Positions 1 through 12,168 of a stretch of 64,000 nt of DNA are shown here, in pieces. The position numbers were made by a program, and so were the translations under genes. The notes under the pieces are model-generated. The model had not been told where the DNA came from. It saw only the letters and a list, made by a program, of their open reading frames with translations, and did not search any database. Each line of letters opens with the position of its first letter. Within the stretch, counting starts at the first letter, position 1. The DNA comes from Lingula anatina (taxonomy: Eukaryota > Animalia > Brachiopoda), in the NCBI GenBank assembly GCA_051362555.1, contig CM120643.1:1364001-1428000 (forward strand). The letters are read 5' to 3'.

Positions 1-497
1 GGTCGGCAAAGGTTACATGCGCAGAGTAGCCCGGGCTGAAGGAAATCACACCCACATGCCTTCCATTAAGAAAATATTTAGTGACATTTAAGAACTTGAC
101 TGCATCATTTAACAAGAATAAGGCAAATCATATTTTTGAATTAACCGCCAGAAGACGTCCGCACAACCGTTGGGAAACGTCTATGTCGAGTCAGATGGCA
201 TACCAGAAGTTTAGCATAGGCACTAGCCAGCAATGATATTGTTATCAGATTAAGGAAGCTTCGTCAGAAGGGATGGACACTTAATGGTTTGGAGAACAGC
301 TTGGAAGTGGCATCTTCCCAATTGTCTGCCTCCGGTCGACAGGACGCGCCCCATTTAAGACGTGAAACAGTGGAGAAGGCAAATTGGCGGTGGCCAACGG
401 AAAGCTTAAAGAATAATCCATCCAACTACTGGAAAGATACTTAAAAGATTCCGTCGAGAATATCTTTGTGGACCGTGACCACCCAGTTATGTTTCAG

Positions 498-567
<70 letters not shown>

Positions 568-1497
568 AGCTGAATACAGCGGTTTTGTTATGATTTGTGG
601 TTATATTCATTTTGACTAAATATCCCAACCAAGAAGTATTTTGATTTAGCCAACTCTATTCACAACAAAATTTCAAATTTGGCAAAGCTGTAAATCGTCT
701 TCAATAGATGAGTGCCCATGCCCCTCTTTAGAGATACAGCATCTGTCAGTCGTATCGTGGAAGTGAAGGTTAAACTTTCTATGTCGGTTAATTTCGCAGA
801 TCTACGTGGGATTTCTGATATGAATTGCCTAAAATAAACCTTCCTACTTTTTTGGAAGCATTTCGTAACAGCATTCACACCAGCCACGAAGGAGTATTTT
901 TGTCACAAAAGTGGGGGAGGGGCGAAAATTTCCTTGGGACCACATGTAACAATATAAATACAAAGGGAATCTCCCTCCACTAAAGGCAAAATAAACGTTA
1001 TATATTCCAAGCCATTTACCTTTTAATACATGCAATTAACAGAACATTTCCAATATAATTTCTCTAAACGACACCAGAAAGCAAATTTTAAAAATTAAAT
1101 CAACCAGCCTAGATCATAATCCCGTTGAGAATGTGTCGGGTTTTCTATGTAAAGCTGAGAGGTAGCCCCGAAAAATCTCTTTGCACCGTCTGTGGAACGC
1201 CATCACTCTGACAACGTTATTAATCTACATGTATTTAATCCCAGGCACAGATGCGTGAGGAGCGCCCTTCAACCCGGAGAAATTAAACTGCAAAGTATTA
1301 AACACGATGCGTTTTTAAACTACATGTATGGCTGTCTTATTCATTTTTGTACAGGTAGTAAAGTGTTGTGGCTAATTATTTTTAGAAGTTACATAATTAA
1401 CATTGGTTAATGTAATGTATTTTGTATCATTTTTTGCGCATTGCATAAGGGTGATTTTTTTTTGGTAGGGAGTATAGTAAGGCTGAATGCCTGACTT

Positions 1498-2037
1498 AGA
1501 GCGGATTCTCAACGAATTGAGCCAGGCTTTACAAAGCCGGTGACCTAAAAATGCCGGACGTACATGAAAGAAAACCGCCTAATCTTTTAATAGTCTCTCC
1601 GCCTCCCCACACGTCGTCCCTGCGGGATACAGTAATTAAATCTCGGCTCCGTTCGCCATGCGGAAGCTACCTGAGAAATATTAAGTGCGCATGCTCATCA
1701 GTTAAACTCGTGGTGAAGAAAGCATGGCGGCTGAAGGCGTTCGAAGGAAAAAAGCTCTTCTGTTTTATTATCTGTCAAAACAATGACGAAAAAGGAATGA
1801 ATTGGCCCGTAGAGCAGCAACGAATCGACTATCTACGGAGATAATATCACCAGAGATATTCACAGAACTACCCAGCCCGGAACGGAGCCGAGATTTAATT
1901 ACTGTACCCCGCAGGGATGACGTGTGGGGAGGCGGAGAGACTATTAAAAGATTAGGCGGTTTTTCTTTCATGTACGTCCGCCATTTTTAGGTCACCGGCT
2001 TTGTAAAGCCTGGCTCAATTCGTTGAGAATCCGCTCT
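1498..2037. mobile_element. MITE with ~155-bp terminal inverted repeats (PIF/Harbinger-like)
   Basis: 1498-1653 is the near-perfect reverse complement of 1880-2037. A related arm lies at ~35189-35365. Confidence 0.85.
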
Positions 2038-2136
2038 CAAGTTGAACAGTTCAACTTCGTAAAATAAGTTTCTTAAATTAACAACTACTTTTATTTTTTG
2101 TCAGTGAACGCTGTTTTTAACATTAAAATTAATTAC

Positions 2137-2725
2137 CTTTAGCCTCCAGTGGCACAGTCAGAATTTTGTCGTAGTCATCGCTGGAATACATTGATGACAG
2201 TGACAGCAGGACGTGCTTGAGGGCATCAAAATCTTTCTGAAAGTCTGTGTCAGTGATGGCAAACGGTATTTCATGCAACAGCTGATTGCGGTAGGTCTTC
2301 ACTCTACCAATGTTTGCCTCTATGGAGGTGTCGGAAGCTGGTGGGTTTTCCCATTTAGCATGAGGGTTCAGGTTGGTGATGTTTCTTAATAAAACAACTG
2401 CAAGTGTAATATCTAAATTCTGCGTTGTCACAGTTGTTGAAGGGGTCCCAGAGGGGTAAAGAAGTTTCCTTTCTGTCCAGTTCATTACCTTTCCCGTTCT
2501 CAACAGAGTAAAGGTATCTTTGACTTGTTGATTGTCAAGTACGTCAAAAAGTTTGTCAGTTTTACTGGGATCAAACAGTCCCGGATAAGCTGCTTGTAGC
2601 TGAGTCCTGAGAACTTCTTGAAGCACGTTAGTTGCACGGTCTAAGAGCAGCTGCATGCGGAAATAATTTTCTTTTTCATTTCTTGGGATTTCAGAGAGCA
2701 TTCCCACTGCCGTTGCCATGGTCAT
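2137..2725 (-). CDS. Exon encoding a DZIP3/hRUL138-like HEPN domain; the gene probably continues leftwards
   Basis: ENYFRMQLLL, LLYPS, LDITLAVVLLRNI, PPASDTSIEANIGRVKTYRNQLLH (RxxxxH). TAG acceptor immediately before the ATG at 2725 and a phase-1 GTAATT donor after 2137. Confidence 0.8.
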
Positions 2726-2801
2726 CTACCGATTCAAATAAAAAACAAATGATGTGTTTGTTATTCTAGTAGTTTACTCAATGTATACCTTGACGGTAAG
2801 C

Positions 2802-2849
<48 letters not shown>

Positions 2850-3336
2850 TATTATTATTATTATTACAGTACTAATAAAAAAAGATTGGTCTTCTTATGT
2901 ACCAAAGACGTTTTGAAGTTTCAAAATGCATCTCAATGTATACTATCTTATACATCAGGTTATAAAAGGGTCGTTGGACCTACATGTAGGAAATAATTAC
3001 TTTTCATTAAAATGGTTAAAAATAAAGGGTGTGTGGCTGAGGTTAAATGGAAGTTTAATACCATGGAGGAAGCTTTTCCAATTTTTTATATAACAGGCAC
3101 AGTTCCCTATGCATTAAAATGCATTAGAAAGCGAACTAAGCAGAATGCAGTAATAACGAATCACTCATCTTCGAGTATGGACAGTTCCTTCACTGGGAAT
3201 ACAAGAATAACGAGGGCATCGGGTCAATTGCAAATACTACATACCAACTTGCAGTGACAAAACCTGACTTTGTACCATTTAACCACATGCAGTGCACCAT
3301 ACGATTTGACTGCCTTGAATACAACCAATTATTTCA

Positions 3337-3403
<67 letters not shown>

Positions 3404-3441
3404 ATTAAAATAAATAAATAAATAAATAAACAAAAGACATG

Positions 3442-3509
3442 CAATAACCCCGACTCCGAGTTTCACGGGCATACCCAGAAGGTATGCCCGATCGTCAGGA
3501 TGTTTATTT
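3442..3509 (-). ncRNA. Second hammerhead ribozyme, in the inverted PLE arm
   Basis: The reverse complement reads ACATC-CTGACGA-TCGGGCATACC-TTCT-GGGTATGCCCG-T-GAAA-CTCGGAG-TC-GGGGT. Confidence 0.85.
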
Positions 3510-5213
3510 GAAAATGGTTATATTAGCCGTTTTACATACACAGCGTGACGTCACTTACGTCGCACGGCGTGTTAGTTACGTCACTTTATGCCGACACATG
3601 GTAATTATCTCAGTTCTTTTATTCAGAGTATCTGGTGTTATCATTATCAACAGTTTTTCGTCTAAGCAAAGATTGCATAGGTGCTGATTTCTCCTTTGCG
3701 GCGTTGATTTCTTTATGATGTCCCATCTAATGTCATACTGGGTTTTATTTTCTGTTAATTTCCAAATGTATTTGGATAACTCAGTATCTGCATCATATTT
3801 CTTGTCTCTAAATGACTTGGTGTGATTATTGTATCTCAACTTAAATTGGCCACCACAAAGCCCTATATATTTCATGCATTTGTCCTTAGTAGTGACTGAT
3901 GCTTGGTACACAATGTTGCTAGACAAGCATTCCCCTCTCAAAGGACACTTACTAGGAGCTCTACAATTACATTTCTTATCTTGAGTGTTAACTAACATGT
4001 TTTTGAGAATTTTTTTATTGTGACCGTGAATGATTTGCTGTATGTTTTTCATACAACAGTAACTTACTTTTACAGTCGATCTGTTGAATAATCGGTAAAG
4101 CTTGCTTCCGAGAGGGAAATGCTTGTCTAGGAACTGTAGGAATATATGCCCGATTTTCGTTCTTACATTTTTCGAGTATGGTGGGTTGAACCAAATAAGT
4201 TTCCTGTTTCGTTTTTTCTTTTCTCTGGGACGAGAGCTGCTTGCTTTAGAGTTATTACCCAACGACATTATGGTATAGCCCGGTTTGAAGCGCCGTCGTA
4301 TATACGTTATCTGATCCTTCTGCTACCACTCCGTCAGACGAAAGGGATTGCAATCTTTCGCCGATAGCTTTAGGAATGTTCCTTATTATTGCCGGTGGGC
4401 GGGGGGGGGGGGGGGGGGGGGGGGGGGAGGGTGATTTGAGTGTTTGTGAACATAGATCGGCTGGGCGTTCGGTTTTACGAACGGCCTGTGTTTCCCGGAT
4501 TCTAAGTCTAGGTTAACATCAAGGAAGTTAACTGCTCTATCGTTGGTGGATACAGTGATGTTAAGGTCATAACTTTTGAAGAGCTTGACTAGATCCTTTC
4601 TAATGCTGTCAGCTTCGCTTCCACCACAAGATTTCATCACGGCTTAGCCGTCGTCCCTGTATAGTCCTACCGATGTGACGCACGCTTCTCTTCCGGGCTT
4701 CTTCGTCGGTACACATATTTCTTCCTGTATCCTATATAGCAGGAATAATCCGACTAATTCGCAAATTTTAGCGCCATCATAGGCTCCCATAGACACGTCA
4801 AACTGTGAATCCCTATCTTTCCTCTCCCAAATTTTACCACTGAGATCCTTTGATAATGTACGCCTGGAGTACCGTATAATCTGGGTATCGGTCAACGTTA
4901 TTCGTGTGGATTTTTTTCCCCACTCCAAGCTGTTCATAAGTAGATCTTCCGATCCTTGCTAACTTTCCCCATTTCTGGTTTTGTCGGATTTATAAGTCTG
5001 CATTTAATATCACTGGGGAAATTTTCTTTATGATCCTTGACTAGATCCGTTCTAATGCTGTCAGCTTCGCTTCCACCACAAAATTTCATCACGGCTATTA
5101 ATGCTCCGTACTGTTGGGCACTCTGTTCCACATTCACGCTTGTTATATTACGCTCCTGAAATTGTTGAGCGCTCTAAAAGTGGACTTTTATCTGAAGACA
5201 TGTTGATTCTACA

Positions 5214-7008
5214 ATGAAAATGGAGTATTTCAACCTAGGATATTCGACAAAAAACATACCTTTACCATCTAAAAAGGAATATCTTAAAAAACATATTACA
5301 GATGAAATTAGCAGAGAGTCCATGGAATTGTCTAATCGTTTACATATTAGCGATAGAATAGATAGAACGCAGGCTAAAGACGCTTTCATAACACTGAAGG
5401 ATCATAAAGAAAATTTCCCCAATGATATTAAATGCAGACTTATAAATCCGACAAAACCAGAAATGGGGAAAGTAAGCAAGGTTATCCTTGACAGGATAAA
5501 TAGGGACGTTAGATCAAAGACAGGTTTGATACAATGGAGAAGCACAAATGAAGTATTAGAATGGTTTAACAACCTTCATAACAAAAAAAAAAAAAAAAAA
5601 AAAAAAACACTGAAGTTCATTTCGTTCGACGTCGTGGATTTTTATCCCTCTATATCGGAAGATCTACTTAGGAACAGCTTGGAGTGGGCAAAAAAATTCA
5701 CCCGAATAACGTTGACCGATACCCAGATTATACGGTACTCCAGGCGTACATTATTAAAGGATCTCAGTGGTAAAATTTGGGAGAGGAAAGATAGGGATTC
5801 ACAGTTTGACGTGTCTATGGGAGCCTATTATGGCGCTGAAATTTGCGAATTAGTCGGATTATTCCTGCTAGATAGGATACAGGAAGAAATATGTGTACCG
5901 ACGAAGAAGCCCGGAAGAGCAGCGTGCGTCACATCGGTAGGACTATACAGGGACGACGGCTAAGCCGTGATGAAATCTTGTGGTGGAAGCGAAGCTGACA
6001 GCATTAGAAAGGATCTAGTTAAGCTCTTCAAAAGTTATGGCCTTAACATCACTGTATCCACCAACGATAGAGCAGTTAACTTCCTTGATGTTAACCTAGA
6101 CTTAGAATCCGGGAAACACAGGCCGTTCGTAAAACCGAACGCCCAGCCGATCTATGTTCACAAACACTCAAATCACCCCCCCCCCACCGGCAATAATAAG
6201 GAACATTCCTAAAGCCATCGGCGAAAGATTGCAATCCCTTTCGTCTGACGGAGTGGTAGCAGAAGGATCAGATAAGGTATATACGACTGCGCTTCAAACC
6301 GCGGGCTATACCGTAATGTCGTTGGGTAATAACTCTAAAGCAAGCAGCTCTCGTCCCAGAGAAAAGAAAAAACGAAACAGGAAACTTATTTGGTTCAACC
6401 CACCATACTCGAAAAATGTAAGAACGAAAATCGGGCATATATTCCTACAGTTCCTAGACAAGCATTTCCCTCGCGGAAGCAAGCTTTACCGATTATTCAA
6501 CAGATCGACTGTAAAAGTAAGTTACTGTTGTATGAAAAACATACAGCAAATCATTCACGGTCACAATAAAAAAATTCTCAAAAACATGTTAGTTAACACT
6601 CAAGATAAGAAATGTAATTGTAGAGCTCCTAGTAAGTGTCCTTTGAGAGGGGAATGCTTGTCTAGCAACATTGTGTACCAAGCATCAGTCACTACTAAGG
6701 ACAAATGCATGAAATATATAGGGCTTTGTGGTGGCCAATTTAAGTTGAGATACAATAATCACACCAAGTCATTTAGAGACAAGAAATATGATGCAGATAC
6801 TGAATTATCCAAATACATTTGGAAATTAACAGAAAATAAAACCCAGTATGACATTAGATGGGACATCATAAAGAAATCAACGCCGCAAAGGAGAAATCAG
6901 CACCTATGCAATCTTTGCTTAGACGAAAAACTGTTGATAATGATAACACCAGATACTCTGAATAAAAGAACTGAGATAATTACCATGTGTCGGCATAAAG
7001 TGACGTAA
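5214..7008 (+). pseudogene. Disrupted PLE ORF (RT-GIY-YIG)
   Basis: TAA directly after YRDDG (5961-5963), a frameshift in the poly-C run near 6180, a poly-A run at 5583-5608 and an apparently shortened N-terminus. Confidence 0.85.
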
Positions 7009-7074
7009 CTAACACGGCGTGCGACGTAAGTGACGTCACGCTGTGTATGTAAAACGGCTAATATAACCATTTTC

Positions 7075-7142
7075 AAATAAACCTCCTGACGATCGGGCAT
7101 ACCTTCTGGGTATGCACGTGAAACTCGGAGTCGGGGTTATTG
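7075..7142 (+). ncRNA. Type I minimal hammerhead ribozyme in the PLE pseudo-LTR
   Basis: Stem I ACCTC/GGGGT, core CTGACGA 7086-7092, stem II CGGGCATACC..GGTATGCACG, GAAA 7120-7123, quasi-palindromic stem III CTCGGAG, cleavage triplet GTC ending at 7132. Confidence 0.85.
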
Positions 7143-7231
7143 CATGTCTTTTGTTTATTTATTTATTTATTAATTTTAATTGTGTACAAATGCTCCGTAC
7201 TGTTGAGCACTCTGTTCCACATTCACGCTTG

Positions 7232-7277
<46 letters not shown>

Positions 7278-7504
7278 GAACTCCATTCCTAGGACTACCA
7301 TTTCTGTCACACCGGCTAAATTTAACCTCTACTAATTATAAGGGACCCACACTTCCTTTACTAGTCATTAACCTGTACTGCACTCATCATAATGATTTCC
7401 AGGCGTCCATTTTCTAGACTATGATTTTCTTTTTAACCAGGATGGTAGTTACATTTTGCACAGTCATGTAATTTAGACCCAAAATATACCAGAACGCCGC
7501 TGCC

Positions 7505-7659
7505 ACACCAGGCCCCTGCTTCAGCCCCTTACTGCTGATTGCCAAGCGGGAAGACAGCAAGTACCGTTTATAAAGGACTGATATGTCCCAGGACGGGTGT
7601 GAACCCACGTCCTCCCGCTCCGGAGGAGGGCACTCTAACCACAAGGCCATCCAGTCGGT
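7505..7659 (-). mobile_element. tRNA-derived SINE (copy 1)
   Basis: Minus-strand A box TGGCCTTGTGGTTAG and B box GGTTCACACCC, followed by a non-tRNA body. Confidence 0.65.
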
Positions 7660-9599
7660 TTATATACATATATATAATACACAGGTAATTATCATGTTAT
7701 TTAAACTGAATATGGATGATACATGTAACTGCTCTTTCACTGGCTTGAGGTTATTTTTCTACTTTTCCTTTTGCCTTGTACACTCCATGTATTTCTAGAA
7801 GAGGGTCATCATCCACCCATCGCCTTATACAGTGTACCTTCTACGGGATTAATGGTTGGTATCCGCTAGGTATTCACAAATATACTATGATATCTATCTA
7901 TACTAGAATCAGCCAGGGCATACCTGTGGATATCTAGGGAAAACAATATGTGATCGTGGTAGAGGGTTACATGACACTTCTAAAACACTCTTCCTAAAGG
8001 AATCACGCCTGTAATTCAGTTAATGGACACATTAATGTATAACCGCCCTTGATCAACTTACCGAAATGTCTTCTTGTGTAACATGTCGGCACAATTCCGA
8101 TATCGAAAACCTCAGATAATTTGGAATTTATTTCCCCCTCTTCCTAATGCTGTCTCTCTTAGATTTGACGGGCTCGTTAACTGCGCAACTTGTCGTAACA
8201 GCTAAGTTAAAAGCAAAGTTAAAAATAACTAACAAAACCGTACATTGGACTGCAAGCGTTTTATTGTTTCTCGAAAAACACAAACACAAAGAAGTACTGG
8301 TACGTATGCTCTGTGCTTTGCGGAGCGTGTAATGGAAACAGCCTTTAGATAAAAACCAAGTTTGTGTAAAGACGCAGTTCGATGAAAGGGGGTTCTCTGT
8401 TTTTACCTCTTCGATTCATTTACTGGTAGCTGCCGTCGCGTACTGGTATATTAAAATGTTTGTTTGACTCTTTGTCCCACGGATCTTTAGAAAACACCAT
8501 CTTAGCGGTGGTAAAATCACAATTAAAGCACACTTTCATGTCATTCATATAGGCACAATATACTCATACATTCTGTATTTCCTTGCTTACTTAAAAGAAC
8601 AATGATAACTGCAGAGAATAAATGATAGTATACATAGGCTGGCTACTCACTAGATCGAACTTGTCAATAGCCTCTTGATCTTGTAACAGTTTACATAAAC
8701 TTGTGGCCTCTTACATAGGCTTGTAAATACTTCACACTGATAACTTATAATTTTGCTGATTTTGTGTTTTTGTTGGTACTGTGATGATTTTAAAGCAGAA
8801 CTGCATGTAATGATATTGCTAACTGAGACTAGTATACTGAATAATTAAGAAGGTGAAAATAAAGTTAAACTAATGGGCTTGAGAAAGCTTGTTCGTCGTG
8901 AAACACGCCTAAAGTTTAATGCACTAAAACACGTGTTCTTATAAGAATTAATTTAACAAAGGACCGGGCAAATATGTGTTGCAATTAATTGTCGTTATCC
9001 GATCTTTTCTTCATACATGCGATAGCCCCGTGTAGCGTCCTCTGTGAATCTGTAGGGCAGAATACACCATAATAGACGTCACCATGCATTCACGGACTGC
9101 TATAGACGACTGTTTAGTGCTGAGATAAAAAATATTGTTTTTCAATTTTCCGGTTATTTTTTGTAAGTTGCTAGGGTTATAATGGTGTCAACTAGCAGGC
9201 TAGGATGTAAACTACTGCCTATTTTTTTCAGAACCAGGCACAGGTGTCTAGCAGTGTGAGACCTCTGGCAGCGGGAGCTACTGATTGTGAGGGATGCAGC
9301 AGTTTGTTTACAAACCAGAGGAGTGCACGTGTTTAAGTACTGTTGGTAAAAAAACAAGCAATTTGTTTAAAATTAAAAAACGAGAAAAAGTACTTGTTTT
9401 ATCCGAAAAATTATGTTATGAAAAAAAAAAAAAAAAAAAAAAACATCCTCTTACATGATTAAAGTACGATTTCATATCAAAATTAAAATTGATCAGTTAA
9501 ACTTAACCGAAAATATATTCAATATACAGCCGACTAAATATTCACTTGACCTAACTATATCAAAATCAGTTGGCCTTTTAACCGATCCAAGCGGTTAAC

Positions 9600-9983
9600 T
9601 GTAGCCGTATGAATGTATTTTCTTCACTCGTGTTCGTCTTTTGTTTTGTCACGTGGGCGTCATCTTACTCTCTCATTCCCATTGGTCATCTTTCCCGCCT
9701 TTCGTCGCTTATAAATATCGTCGCCGCCTTTTTCTGTCATTCTTCTATTGTCTCATCGCTCTTTATATATTTACAGGTACGTGGTCAATAGTTTAATTCT
9801 TTTATGAATATTATCATTATTATTATTATTATACTTATTATATATTAAGATTATAGCTATTAATAACATTATTATGATGATCGCACATTCTTCTATTGTC
9901 TCATCGCTCTTTATATATTTACAGCAAGATGGTATGGAATAAATAAGAACAAAGAGAAATAGACTTTGTTGTGAACCGTTGCA
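9600..9983 (+). repeat. 5' LTR
   Basis: TGTAGCCG...CCGTTGCA; appears identical to 17391-17774. Confidence 0.95.
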
Positions 9984-9985
9984 TA

Positions 9986-10002
9986 TGGCGCTGCGAGCAG
10001 GG
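9986..10002 (+). promoter_or_regulatory. Primer binding site, probably tRNA-Ser
   Basis: TGGCGCTGCGAGCAGGG lies 2 nt after the 5' LTR and is complementary to a tRNA 3' end (...CCTGCTCGCAGCGCCA) resembling tRNA-Ser(TGA/CGA). Confidence 0.75.
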
Positions 10003-12168
10003 TATTCTAACCAATTCACTAATGTTCAACCTTGTGTATCCACATCCTAAGAGAGCGTGAGCCAGAGCGTATCGATTGAAGTTGTTAGTTCATAACGCAA
10101 GAAACGTTAGGTCTACTCTTATATGGATGCTACCACTATAACTGATATGTGTGAGGCCATTACACCCGAATGAGTGATGTTTTCATGCAGAACACCATGA
10201 AATCAAGCCACGCTGGCCATGATCTAGCCACTCATCATTTATGAGGATAAGATCAGTGTTTTTTTTTTTACACATTTTACTCACTCATCCTACGCCATCT
10301 AAGCCTACTGCCGCTACTTTATATAGTGGTCGCTGATCAGTAAATCATGTAATACATTTGAGGATATGACAACATCAAGGACCTAACTATACAATGTCTG
10401 GAAAAACAACACACAAACTGTGCGATCGGTGTGTTGTACATGTCCGTATCTGGTGGAAGCGAATATCATCCAGGAGTATTGGTAGCCTTTGTTTGAGACT
10501 TTTTGATTTAATAACTTTTTCATGGATTCAGAAATGAAATGTTGGATCGACATGGGACAATCCATTCGCTATGTTATGGAATTCGCACCGGAGAAGCAGT
10601 CTTGATAATTGAGGCACCAACCTTGTATCCCAGGACAATATATACGTGAGTAAAAAGGCTTACAGAATCTAACATTCTAACTAGACTGTCTTAGTTCTTT
10701 GTGTGCATTGTTCACATGTTGCGCTTGTGCTCACCCCGCTTATATGTAGCATGTATAACAAATAACAAGACAAGGTGACGTCGGTATTATGTACAACTGA
10801 ACGTTATCAGTGTTCATATATATTGCAATACTTTTGCCAATTGTCCTGTTTGTTTATGAGCTATGTGGAATTAAACAATAACATGTATTAATAACGATCC
10901 TATCAGTCATATTTATGTGGTGTTGACATTTATGTTTGTGTGTTTGTAGATATTTTGTTTTCTATCAATTCAAACTTAAATTCAAATTCAAACGCAATTC
11001 ATTCAGTTTCCTGGCATTTGTTTATACGTTTACCTGCTTATAGTATTACCTTTAGCCATTTGTGTTGTTGCTGTAAACTAATTTGTCTCTGTTATCTATA
11101 AGTATATTGGTTGAGAACGCATCTCTGTATTTGTCATATAGTTGGTGTTTTAACAAAAACATTACTTCATTGCTGTATCATAAGTTTTCTTTGTTATAGA
11201 AGTAACTTGGATACTCATTTGTCGTATTAAATCGCATATTATAGTAACATGTTCGGGACATTTATCAATTTTGGTGTCATTTAATAAATTCTAGATCCAG
11301 TCATCATATTTATTTTGATTAGGTGTACAGGTATGTAGATAATTTACTTTGAACTTGCAAATTTGTTTAGTTTTCACATTTTAGTGAAATTCCCTTGTCA
11401 TAACAATTGTTTGTGGTGTTCATGTACATTAATTGAAGTGTGTGGTGTCATGTATGTTTTTGGAATGTCATAACTAACACCAAACCTTATACTTCTATAT
11501 TTGTTGCATTGGGGAATAGAGACAGACATTGAATATTGTGCTCATTTATTTATTTAATTTTCATCTGATATCACTGAGTTATAGATTATCATTATTAATT
11601 TTTTTTCGGATTTCTATAGTATTAAAATATCTTAGTATTAATATCACTTACCTATTTTTGCAAATAACTTCATTTAATTTTTTATTAATTACAGTAAGTA
11701 AAGTGATTATAATTCTTATTGTTTCAATATAATTGGGGTTAAAGAGTTAAATATTTTCCCCACGTAAAATAAGATCAGAGTCATCTGTTTTTTTTTATCT
11801 TCACTATTTTTCTTATTTCATTTTCCATTTTATCATTTATCTCATATAGTGCTCATATCATATCTCATATTTTCAGAAAGTCGGGTGTTACGTAATTGAT
11901 TAAAATTAATTTTCATTCTTTCTCTAATTTTGATATTCAATCTATCGGTTTAAGCTTCATCATTTATCAATCTATCATTTGTCATATTTCATATTTTTCG
12001 AAGTTTGGGCTTTAAGTTATTAATTTTTTTTTACATTGCAATCACTGTCATAATTTTATGTATCATCTGGCCTCATCTTATTTCATTTTTCTTGCTCGAG
12101 GCATTTTGCACTCACTTGATTTAACCTTTGATATATACCATTTTTAGTATCTCAAAGATAACGTTATA

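Larger units (their letters stand above)
3399..7236. mobile_element. Penelope-like element (RT + C-terminal GIY-YIG), two arms in inverted orientation, defective
   Basis: Plus arm ~5099-7236 and minus arm ~3399-4950. RT motifs FISFDVVDFYPSI, SMGAY, LYRDDG, NFLDV; WFNPPYS; CNCR; GIY-YIG IVYQASV..YIG..FKLRYNNH. The 5' leader at 5100-5147 is repeated at 7189-7236 (pseudo-LTR). Both ends abut (TA)n. Confidence 0.93.

Noticed and set aside
660-887. Second exon of the HEPN gene
   Set aside because: A phase-1-compatible acceptor exists near 815, but I found no clear donor or domain motif, so it is left uncalled.
1551-1990. Three overlapping ORFs with mirrored peptides
   Set aside because: They are a by-product of the MITE inverted repeats.
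5961-5963. Selenocysteine or readthrough recoding in the PLE ORF
   Set aside because: The stop is TAA, not TGA, and the element has the canonical C-terminal GIY-YIG order rather than the selenoprotein-encoding Naiad arrangement.
7590-7659. tRNA gene
   Set aside because: A and B boxes are present but there is no convincing acceptor stem, and it continues into a SINE-like body. The same applies at 20170-20238.
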